Part shown: one piece after another, positions 53,347 to 64,000 of the stretch
Layout of the letters: every line of letters begins with the position of its first letter
How positions within the stretch are numbered: the stretch's first letter is position 1
Source: Octopus sinensis
Lineage: Eukaryota
DNA length: 64,000 nucleotides
Direction: 5' to 3'
Assembly (NCBI RefSeq): GCF_006345805.1
Contig: NC_043000.1
Coordinates: 55,118,001 to 55,182,000 of the forward strand
Notes under the pieces: model-generated
The model's database searches: none
What the model was told of the DNA's origin: nothing
Seen by the model: the letters and a program-made list of their open reading frames with translations, nothing else
Position numbers and translations under genes: made by a program

Positions 53347-53559
53347 TAAGAAAATAGAAAAACTAATGATTCCACAAGACAACTGAATTATTTAAACCAG
53401 CCATATAACCCTAAGGGGACCCATTTATGGAAGCATCTGAGTCTCTACTGTTGCGCTAAAGTTTTGCCTCATTAATTATTCTTGCAAGATAATTAGAGAG
53501 TCTATGTTAGCAATTCGACGTGAAATATATAAAAAGTATATATAGAAATATATAAAAGG

Positions 53560-53619
<60 letters not shown>

Positions 53620-54787
53620 GATATGATTAGCAGTTTGCAATGTTTCTACAAAGAGGAGAATTGCAAACGTCACTAAATGTGACTATGGTGTTAGGAAACA
53701 CCTACATTGTTAGAAACAGCTATATGCTGTAGTTAATGCTCATGAATGAAAGCATATACACCAACAGGGTCCATAATCGTCCTAAAAGTGCCAATCGAGA
53801 AGTCTTAATACTGTCGCGTTAGTTTCGGCAATTTCCGTTGCCTCACCAATTAAGACCGCCCGACCGTTTGGTTTTTTTTCGGACTCGCTTCGCCATTAGT
53901 ATTTACGTTTCCTTCATCTAAAAACAATTCGATGATTTAGGGATTCGCTAATGTGTACCTATAAAATTAATATAAAAAGCAGTTTGCTATATTTCACAAA
54001 AAGGAGGGTCACAAACGTAACACACACACACACACACACACCACACACACACACACACACGCACACACATAGGCACAAGACATGTTATGACAGCGATCTG
54101 TTCACAATCATCTGGAACATGCTACTTATTGACGAGCCAAAAGATGAAGGTTAATCTTTCTAATGACAGAATGATAAATTGTCCAAAAATACGTTGATTA
54201 TTAAAACACGATACCCCAGTCTAGAGATAGAAACCTCAGGTTAAAACGTTTTCAAATCGATTCGACTTTGCGCCACTAAATAAATTTATTTAAACATATA
54301 TAGCATTATTTAACGAATATAATTACAAAAACTATATAGTTACAAAAACTAAACTAATGTTAACCTCACAGTCTAAAGACAGACGCTTGATATAAATAAA
54401 ATGCCACATTGTAGCTGTAAAGGAAATTAATTGAAATCAGATAGATTGTAAATTATAAGAAAAATATATTCAACGTGCACACGTACAAAGAGTATGAATG
54501 ATAATGGGAATCGTATTAAGTTATCGGAATTTCTGGCGCCTATCAATTGTAGAAGACATTACAAAGTATTGTTTTTGATTAAACGTACAATTAACTTTGG
54601 TCGGTTTTTATGATACATTTCACAATGCTGCACATGAAAACGGTTATAATCTCGCACCAAAATCAATGCGTGATATCTTTACAATGTATCATCTAAAGAT
54701 CAAACCGTGTGTGGAATTTAAAAAAAAATTTGTACGCACGCACCTGATTATATATACGCACGCACGCACCTCATATATATATGTACG

Positions 54788-54823
<36 letters not shown>

Positions 54824-54917
54824 TCTGTGTATGTATGTATGTATCATGTGTGTGTATGTATGTATATGTATGTTTATATATATATATGCGTATACACACA
54901 CACATATGTACACACAC

Positions 54918-54948
<31 letters not shown>

Positions 54949-54973
54949 AATGTACATAGATATATAAATGCAA

Positions 54974-55135
54974 AGACCCGCTTCGGTCACGAATAACCAT
55001 GGGAATGCACCTACAAAGCTATCCTCGGGGCATGATTGTTTATGGAAGAGCAGAAGTCGCACATGCATACTAGCCTCCCCTCTACACGCCACCGATGTAA
55101 TCAAAGAGAAAGGCAAGGCTGATACAAGCTGCAGA
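54974..55135 (-). mobile_element. 3' fragment of the second SINE family
   Basis: Aligns to 23162-23340. Confidence 0.7.
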
Positions 55136-55806
55136 AACCCTAGTCGTGGGTCACATGAAATAATTGAACGAGGGACACTCAGAACATTCAAGAACGAGAA
55201 GGAAATGTAGCTTAAAGCAAACAAGAATCCCAAGAACTGTCTCAAATGCACAAAATGCATTAAGAAATTTATTGGGCAAACAAGATGAAAATTAGTACAT
55301 AAGCAAGAAATGATAGATCTACATCTTTAAAATAATATTTTTTAACTTTTCTTTTGCTAAACAAAGAAAGAGTGGTTTATCAACTACAAAATACAAACGG
55401 GAAATACTTTGCAAGAATTCTAAATCTGAAAATGAACGTAAGCTTATCAACACCACTATTGGAAACAACCTACTTTCTATTGGTTACTGCATAACACACG
55501 TGCTTGGAAAACTTAACAACTTAAGCTTTTGCACACTATTTAAACACTTCCTTGTGAAGGTTTGTGTCACTCTGTCTTTCTGAATAATTTTTGATATAGT
55601 TGATAAATTTTAATTCAAGAAACTTTCTTCAAATATGGCGCGGATGTCATACACACATACACATTCACACACAAAAATGCATATGTGTGTATGCATATGT
55701 ATGTATATATCTATATATATGTATATGCATATGTATGTATATATATATATGTATATATATATATTATATATATATATATATATATAATATATATATATAT
55801 ATTATA

Positions 55807-55848
<42 letters not shown>

Positions 55849-56106
55849 CATTTAATCAAAATAAGCAAGAAGGATATCCAGAGGTAACGCAGATAGTGCT
55901 CCTTGTTCTCTCGGCCGTAGATATACAAACATTTGATAAAACTAGTCTATAAATTAAAACTGACCCCATAAAACAGTGACAAGCAAAATCTGTAACAAGT
56001 CTTTCTTCCTGATAGCTTAGTAGCTTCTAAGCTGAAGGCAGCATGTTCTCTGTCTATTTCCGTACCTTCTTGGAGATTTTAGGTAAAATTATACTAATGT
56101 ATAATA

Positions 56107-56254
56107 GGCGCTAGAGTGGCTGTTTCGTAAGTAGCTTGGTTGCCAACCACATGGTTCTGGGTTCAGTTCCACAGCGTGGCACCCTGGGCAAGAGTCTTCT
56201 ATTATAGCCTTGGGTCGACCGGAGTCTTGTAAATAGATTTGGTAGAAGCCCGTC

Positions 56255-56322
<68 letters not shown>

Positions 56323-56361
56323 CTTTGTGAGTCTGTGTTTGTCACCCTAGCAGCGCTTGAC
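56107..56361 (+). mobile_element. tRNA-SINE, 3'-truncated and fused to a Dong fragment
   Basis: ggcgctagagtggctg..gtaagtagcttg..ggttcagttcc..ctgggcaagagtctt aligns to 60433. Confidence 0.8.
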
Positions 56362-56904
56362 ATTGATATGCGCAATGGTCTCATCTACTTTATTTCTGAT
56401 ACAGCACAACAGATCCACTTCCTCATTCCTCAGCTTGACCCTCCACAGTTCGTGGCGAGAGCTTGGTCTTGCACTGCCAGTACAGTACTCTCGGTCTCTT
56501 TTTTATGACTCCTTTCATCAGCCAATACCACCTATTTTTTCTAGCAAATTCTGTTGTAGCTACATGGAATTGTTTGTGCACTCCCTTCTTGTGTAATTCT
56601 TCTTTATGTCATTTCTGTACTTCTTCCTTTGTTTTCTCTTTTCTCTCTGCTCTCAATAATAAACACACGTTCATGCCTGTCACTAGCAAGGTTTCCTTAC
56701 TTTAGGCTAGGTATGTCGTTAAACTCTCGAGTTCGATACTCACCCAGTCTTCCACGCTTATCAGTACCCTTGTTCCATTCGCTCTCTTCATGTATAGGCG
56801 ATTAGTGTCTGCACGTAGATGATGGACTCCTTTCATCGTTAAGAGCTTTCTTGATTTCCTTCCATCTCCTTTAGCTCCTCTTCTGCACACTTCAGGATTC
56901 CAGG
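56353..56904 (-). mobile_element. R4/Dong-clade internal fragment (third lineage)
   Basis: PGILKCAEEELKEM / RKLLTMKGVHHLRADTNRLYMKRANG / KETESTVLAVQDQALATN / DETIAHI; begins immediately after (TAA)n at 56905-56955. Confidence 0.85.
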
Positions 56905-56955
56905 ATTATTATTATTATTATTATTATTATCATTATTATTTGTATTATTATTATT

Positions 56956-57262
56956 CTTTCTTTCTTCAAATGTTCTTCTGTTTCTCGCCGAGTGTTTCCG
57001 TACACCTAGGGTAGAAAAGTTCATTTTATGCATTCCCAGATTACACACGCAAATTCACAGGTAAAATATATATTTAAAGAATTAATAAATAAATAAATTC
57101 ATGAATGGATGTTGTTTTTACAGCGATAATGCTCTTCTCACAATTTCTTTTAGCAAGTTTTTATATTTACTGATCTTGTCAAATTCTTTGGCCGCTATAT
57201 TGTGATCGCAAGGAATACTCATGTCAATTAATAAACACATCTTTTTTGTCTGATCTTTTATA
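56956..57262 (-). mobile_element. R4/Dong 3' fragment with an internal deletion and 3'UTR
   Basis: KDQTKKMCLLIDMSIPCDHNIAAKEFDKISKYKNLLKEIVRRALSL*; tail cactcggcgagaaac.gaagaa.atttgaa matches 37880-37915; TAA tracts on both sides. Confidence 0.88.
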
Positions 57263-57268
57263 ATAATA

Positions 57269-57310
<42 letters not shown>

Positions 57311-59689
57311 GTTACCATTATTGTTGCAATTCTCTCTCCATGTTATAATCATAGCAAGTTATGTAAATCTAGAAAGGTACATTGACCATATATCCTGATA
57401 CTAGGCGGAATTCATTGCCCTAAAACAGAGTATAGTTTCATGGTATGTCTTAAGGAACACTTCACAGTTGTCGCATACACCTTTGTCTCCAATCCTTAAT
57501 ATATTTAGAATGGATCCATTTCTGCACATCTACACTTGGTAGTTAATAGCCTCAGATGGAAAGACAACTTGAACTACCCTTAAGTTCTAGTTATTATCTA
57601 TAGTCCTTTACAATCTGTTACATTCTCGCCTCACAAATGTTAAAACTGCTCTGACCACAAGATGTGCACGAGGATGTATGCTAGAAAAATAGAGCTGGAC
57701 TAACACAACAAGTATGTGAAGAGGATAGATAAACTCGTTACTGGTTCAGCGGTTACCTAAAATTAGAGCAGAAGTACCAAAGGTATTTTCAAAAGTGGCC
57801 ATTACTTTATGCGGTGAAAATGATATCAGGTGCATCTGAGATGCAGAAACACTACTACTTCCGCAGTCTTTCTTACTGTGGTTGTACAAGGATACTACTT
57901 GATTTCTACCAAGTGTGTGTTGTTGCATCGACGCGGGACTTCTGAGCATAGTTGCATCGAAGAAAATTTCTTACTGTATTTCACTCTATACTGGCTGCAT
58001 CTCATCACAGATAGGAGTCTAACACTGAATACAAAGTTATTCTTGACTCCTTATTGTTTTCCTTTTTTTATATTCGATTTCCAATTCTGCGATCCGCCCT
58101 GTAAATCAATGTTTGCTTTTCATTGATATGACCGACAGAATTTGAACTCAATGTAAAGAGACATAACAGACCTCAAAATCATGCTATTATAGTTGTGTTA
58201 TATACGCGATGCATTCTAATGGAAGCATTGGAATATTATCTCTGGTTATGTATTAGTGTATTGGGTTTAAAATGCGTATTGCACTTATAAATATTAGATA
58301 TATCTGAATTTATGCCAAATACTTACTCATATTTAGTTTCTCATTGCACGCAATATAATCTAGCTATATTAATAGAACCATAAAATTATAATCAAGCTAC
58401 ACATTTAATTTCCTTTCAAGGTTTTTATTACCGCTTTTATGCCAATGTATCTGAGTGATATAAAATAGAAACAATACTACTTTGATTATGCATTATTATA
58501 ATGCTCGCATATCAGTTATTGGATTTAACTAGAATATTAATAAATTATAGATCTAATTTGGGATAGAGAATTCAAAAATCAATCCGCTGCAACAGGTCTC
58601 AACAATTAAAGTGATAAACAATTGCCACAATATATTTCATATCGTAATGTTGAAACAGAAGGGCTGCTTTAAAACAATTCTAAAATTCGTAAGTTATATT
58701 TCATATTTAATAAATGTCAAAAACAGTATTTTTCTTTGTTGCTTATTAGATTGTATTTGCCTAAATTAAATATTTGCCATTTCCGTGGCTTGTATTGTGG
58801 AGTGAGAGAAAATTAGATTAATTGTGTTAGCTAAGTAATTCGTATTTGAGGATAGTCCATTAAACTTATTCCTTCAATTTATCAGAAAAATGCATGGGCG
58901 TTACACTACATAAGTTACAGCTACAATATAGAGAACTGCTTTTACCTAGACTGGAACTTTGAAACCTGTATCGTAAAGTAGGATGCTACAGGTTAGCATG
59001 TAGAATTGTATCTCACTAGAAGTCAATAATATTCTCTTAAACTGTACATGACCTAACGAAATATATGGCACAATATGTCAGAATAACTCATTTCAATTAT
59101 ATCTTACGTATTATACTCAATCAGAATGAAGACAATATATTTAGTATTTATTGAAACAGCAGAAACAATAGTTTGATCCTTTTGGTTTCAAACCAAAATT
59201 AACACATGGAGTTAGACTAACATACAGCATAAGTATATAGAAAAGCTGATGTTCAGGAGCCGGTGGTTATTCTGCAGATTTATGAGATTATATCAAGCTC
59301 AGTTCAGCTTGATATCAAGGACATTTTAATTCTAGAGTTTATATTTATCTGAAATAGGTAGTAATAAATTCGGAAAATTTGTTCAGCATAGGTAAGAGCA
59401 CATTCATTATTTACTGTGTTCCTCATCTCTTTGAAAAAAAAACCGAACTAATGTGAGGCTTATGCATTGTCATATTATCAGCCAAAGATATATATATATA
59501 CTGGTTGAATTGCATAAAAGATAGATATTCTGTAATCTTAATTCTTCCATCTATACACATGAACAATAAAGAAAGTACAACACTGCCCATTTCATATGAT
59601 CACTTTGAAATTTTAGTCCGTAACACTGGACTGAAGATATTCTTTGCATGACCATCAGAATTATTGAAGTTGATTAATAGCGGGTGCTA

Positions 59690-59953
59690 TAGAACTGGTT
59701 GGCTCTTATCTGTCCAAACGTCTGATAATATGTATTCCAGCCATGACGAACTTATATATACATATATGGCCATGATAGATTGGTAGCCACTACACACATT
59801 TTTTCTGTCCTTGTTTTTTCTGTGTCCCTTTCTGTAGAAGAGTGTAGGCTCGAAACGTAAAAGACTTTTTCTATTCCCGAGCGTTATACTAATACATCTG
59901 TTTGTTTTGTACACCATCTGTCTTCGTCTTTTGTTTTTTTTTTCGTGAAATCC

Positions 59954-59958
<5 letters not shown>
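59690..59958 (+). mobile_element. Penelope-like terminal repeat remnant carrying a hammerhead variant, ending in (TA)n
   Basis: Hammerhead topology at 59828-59863 followed by a pyrimidine-rich tail and (TA)n; family assignment is inference. Confidence 0.45.
59828..59863 (+). ncRNA. Minimal type-I hammerhead variant (A6U core)
   Basis: cttt-CTGTAGA-A-GAGT-gtag-GCTC-GAAA-CGT-A-aaag: stem I cttt/aaag, stem II gagt/gctc, palindromic ACGT stem III, GUA site. Confidence 0.55.
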
Positions 59959-60015
<57 letters not shown>

Positions 60016-60184
60016 ACTTCAGATTTTCCGTACTTCCAACTTAAAAACGTTTAATATGCCAGGGTATTGTTTGTGAAACATCCAACAGATTTACATGACT
60101 TGCGATGATTATAGCAGAGAATTACAAAAATAATGATAACATAATGATAATTATGATGACGATGATAATAATAATAAAGAAGAA

Positions 60185-60215
<31 letters not shown>

Positions 60216-60432
60216 TGGATGATCATGATGAAAATGTAGTAATTCTTTTGATAATGATGTTGTACTAGTTGTCGTTCTTTCGATGTCGGTTACGCATTCC
60301 TGCGTGGTTAGTGAATGTAAGGAGACTGGGGTAAAAACAGAAACAAACAGATTTGACAGAACTGCAGTTGGATTGTATTCAGGACTGGGGTATATTTGAA
60401 ATATATATATATATATTTGAAATATATATATA

Positions 60433-60812
60433 GGCGCTGTGTGGTAAGTAGCTTGCCTACCAACCACATGGTTCCGGGTTCAGTCCCACTGCGTGGTACC
60501 TTGGGCAAGTGTCTTCTACTATAGCCTCGGGCCGACCAAAGACTTGTGAGTGGATTTGGTAGACGGAAACTGAAAGAAGCCCGTCGTATATATGTATATA
60601 TATGCGTGTGTGTTTTTGTGTTTGTCCCCTAGCATTGCTTGACAACCGATTCTGGTATATTTATGTCCCCGTTACTTAGCGGTTCGGCAAAAGAGACCGA
60701 TAGAATAAATACTGGGCTTACAAAAGAATAAATCCCGGGATCGAGTTGCTCGATTATAGGCGGTGCTCCAGCATGGCCGCAGTCAAATGACTGAAACAAA
60801 TAAAAGAGTAAA
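60433..60812 (+). mobile_element. Near-complete tRNA-derived SINE (reference copy of family 1 in this window)
   Basis: Head tgtgtggtaagtagc..ggttccgggttcagtcccac, core cttgggcaagtgtcttctac, central (TA)/(TG) tract, tail gactgaaacaaataaaagagtaaaagag. Confidence 0.9.
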
Positions 60813-60842
60813 AGAGATATATTTCAACTATACGCACAACCT

Positions 60843-61062
60843 AGGGTTGTTTTTATGGAAGACCAGTAGTCGCCGATGTTATCTAAGGGAAAGTCAAAGA
60901 CTGATACAGCTTGGCACCAGTGACGTAGCAAATCATTCCTACAGCTGAGTGAACTCGAGCAAGTGAAATAAAGTGTCTTGCTCAAGAACACAACACGCAG
61001 CCCGGGTCGGGAATCGAACTCACAACCTTACGTTTGACGCTTTAACCAATGAGCCATGCGCT
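60843..61062 (-). mobile_element. tRNA-derived SINE (family 2)
   Basis: Minus head gcgcatggctcattggttaaagcg..gagttcgattcc, then ttgtgttcttgagcaagacactttatttcac. Confidence 0.85.
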
Positions 61063-61099
61063 TTCACATGTGTGTGTGTGTGTGTGTGTGTGTGCGTAT

Positions 61100-61470
61100 G
61101 AGCAACTGTAGTTGTGCACTAAACAGTTTGCCACGTGGTTCAGAGTTCAATCCCAGTGCGTGGCACTTGCAATAACTGTTCACATATAGCCTCGGGTAGA
61201 CCAAAACCCTGTGTACGCCTTTAGTAAAGAGAAACTTAAAGAATCCTATCGTATGAATGCGTGTGACGTGTGTGCTTGATGTGTGTTTTTGTCTGTGTTT
61301 GTCTGCCACAGCACCGGTGTCGGTGTGTTTACGTCCCCGTAACTTAGTGACTCGGCAATAGGGACCGGTAGGCTAAGAACCCGATTTGAAAAAAATAAAC
61401 AGCGTCGTCGATTCATTCGAATAAAATTCCTGAAGGCATGACCGCAGTGAGCGAACTGAAACAAGTAAAA
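61100..61470 (+). mobile_element. Old degenerate family-1 SINE
   Basis: Residual matches: tatagcctcggg, tttacgtccccgtaacttag, gaactgaaacaagtaaaa. Confidence 0.7.
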
Positions 61471-63599
61471 TAATATATATATATATCATGAAGGAAAGTA
61501 GTGATTAAATAAATTCAGGCGAATACTGCTTTAAGCACCCACTAGAATTCGAACCCGGATAACTAAATTATCCAACTATTACCACAGTATTCAACATATG
61601 TTGTGATTCATCTCCCGTGACAGGTCCAATTTGCAAATCCTAACATCAATCAAAATTCAGTGTATTAAACAATGTATTTTGGGAAAATAGATACAGAATG
61701 AAAATGCGCCGTCGAACGATTTATTTAGCTTACATGCCTTTCAAATACACTGGCATGATCCATGTGTCTCATATTGCAGTATTCATATTTAATCGATGCT
61801 TCAACTTATCGAATTAAATACGAGAAAAAGAGAAAAATTATAGTCCATTATATTCTATTGAAAGGTAGAAGGCCTTTGCTATATACAGTATATATTGCAA
61901 TAAAGTGTAAGTCTTTATAGCAGCTCACTCAGTCTCACTGTCTACCATTTTATTGACATGTGTTTGTGTCAAGGGGATGGAAAGACAGGATTACCAGATC
62001 TATCTAGTTTAATTCTAAGTGCTTCATGTCAAAATAGAATCGTAATTTAATGAGCTATGTCGCTAAGTACAACTCAGTTAATAAAGGAAGACAGAATGAA
62101 TTAACTAGAACTATATTAAAAAATCAGTATCTATTAAGAAAAGCAGTCTCCATTAAAATAATATTCTTCCGATTATTAGAAGAATTCAAATTAAGTAAAA
62201 TTATATTCCTGGAAATGAATAAAATAATATAGTGACTAAAGCATGAATTTGGTATATGTCTGTTAGTAGATCTAGTATATTACATTTGTCCTATCCTATG
62301 CTAAAAAAGGCGACAAAGAAGACAAAATTAAAACAGAGAGAACGTGAACCACATCCTGATAGAGAGAATGTCATTTCAACAGCTTTCTTACTCAATAGTT
62401 CAAAACTAGTAGAGTAAACCTCTACATTTTTTTCTTTTACCAACTATCCAAAAAGCCTATGTACCTATTTCTCAGCATAGCCAAAGGTCACAGTAATGAG
62501 GGAATGAAAGAGAAGAGCATGCCGCATCAGAAACCACAACAGTAATCCCGGTCTTCATGACCCTGGTCAGCAGCACAAGCAGCTGCGCCTCTTTGTCATG
62601 TGAAAAGATGGGTGTGATGAATGTGTTCCTAAACTCTTGGCTTGAAAACAAAAGTGAGAATGAGAAAGAACTGTTTATAAAACCAAAAACGACGAAAAAT
62701 GGTGAGGAAGGGTGCCCTCCTAGGAACAAAATTTATGCCCATCATCAGAATGACGATACTGACTAGGCGGAGAAGGAGAAGGCTATTGAATTTTATTGCA
62801 TCACCCTTCGAAGATGGAACTAGATATGTAAAGCAGAACTCCAAATTTGCGGAGATTAATTCATTATCGAGAAGTAATTTATGACTGGAATTTTAAAAAC
62901 AGTCGGAAAACATGACGCTTGTAAAAATGGAAGATGTATTAAACGAAGAAAAGCAGGCTTATGCAAAAGACAAGTCTCCTGAACCCACACAGAAAATGCT
63001 AACGAATACGTCTTGATACACGACAACGGAGTGTGAGCAATGACAGGCGAGGAAATATGAGAGATGTTCTAACTTTGCTTACCATTGATATTTGCGCATG
63101 TACGGTTAAACCCCATATATGTTTACCGTGTTTCTCTTAGGTATATATTAATCTGTCATTTCAGTTTACCACACTCTTTTATTTACTCAGCAAAATTATT
63201 TGCTTTCGCAATTTTAAAAATCCCTTCTACTTTCACTATATTACTTTCCCCTCACCTCTCGTCTTCACATAATTCACGCATCTGACACATTATGTTTCAC
63301 GTGCATTGACTATGTTGTACATGCATTGTAATTTAAGGTGTCAATTCAAGCCCTTATAGTTAATAAAGAACAGATATTTTAGCCACCAGCAATTATTTTT
63401 TTTACATGTTTTGGTCAGACTCACAACGGCAAATTGCTTTCACATCTATGGTGGGGCTATTTTTTCACAGGCTGATATATTACATGACTACCAGAAGAGG
63501 GACTTTGGCTAACTTAAACGGTTATTCACCACAAGGAGGTTCCTTTGCTAATAATGATCTCTAATCCCTGCAGCTGGTTGGGCTCATGCTATCTCCACA

Positions 63600-63740
63600 C
63601 AGACATTTGTATCCTAGTTCTACCTCTTCTGCTCACTACCTGTACTGTGCCAATCAACCATACTAATCACTACGGCAGGTCATTCCTTTCAACAGCCGCA
63701 TCCCTATGGAATTCTAAACCTGCTCATAACGTTCTTGAAT
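63600..63740 (+). mobile_element. LINE (CR1/L2-like) C-terminal remnant
   Basis: TNHYGRSFLSTAASLWNS resembles the 'R..SF...T..LWN.LP' terminus. Confidence 0.4.
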
Positions 63741-64000
63741 GTTTTGTCATGATAATGTTTATGAGAATTGTATTTGGCTTCAGATTGACTGGTCTATGAT
63801 GATCTGTGAAGGTCATATTCCTATCATCTCCACCAGACACATCGGGTTCTCTCTCCACCCTTTTCTCTATATATAAATGTGTGTATGTGTGAGGGTGTTG
63901 GGGGGTGTAGATAGACATAAACATACCAATATACTATAAATTAATATTTTCAACGAGTATTAGTAAGGAATACGAAAGTGGACGTCATGTAAAAATTAAT

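Overview
This is AT-rich, repeat-dense eukaryotic DNA with no operons, rRNA or CRISPR. The microsatellite load and the tRNA-SINE families suggest a coleoid cephalopod such as Octopus (inference). The window reads as intron or intergenic sequence, and most entries in the ORF track are translations of (TA)n/(CA)n tracts. Supported features: a near-full-length R4/Dong-clade retrotransposon (RT plus restriction-like endonuclease, 34.1-37.9 kb) and three truncated relatives, all bounded by (TAA)n; a complete 2.8-kb hAT element with TIRs and an 8-bp TSD; mariner, Tc1 and DD41D relics; Helitron termini and a PIF1-helicase remnant; a Gypsy integrase relic; CR1 and RTE 3' fragments; about a dozen tRNA-SINE copies; and several minimal type-I hammerhead ribozyme motifs in Penelope-like ends. 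The most interesting structure is at 18.2-19.7 kb. It looks like a single composite SINE (tRNA head, (TAA)n linker, hammerhead-bearing tail) split by a Dong insertion into its own TAA linker. Small fold-back inversions centred on (TA)n also recur. No host gene could be identified; two spliceable candidate exons are reported at low confidence.
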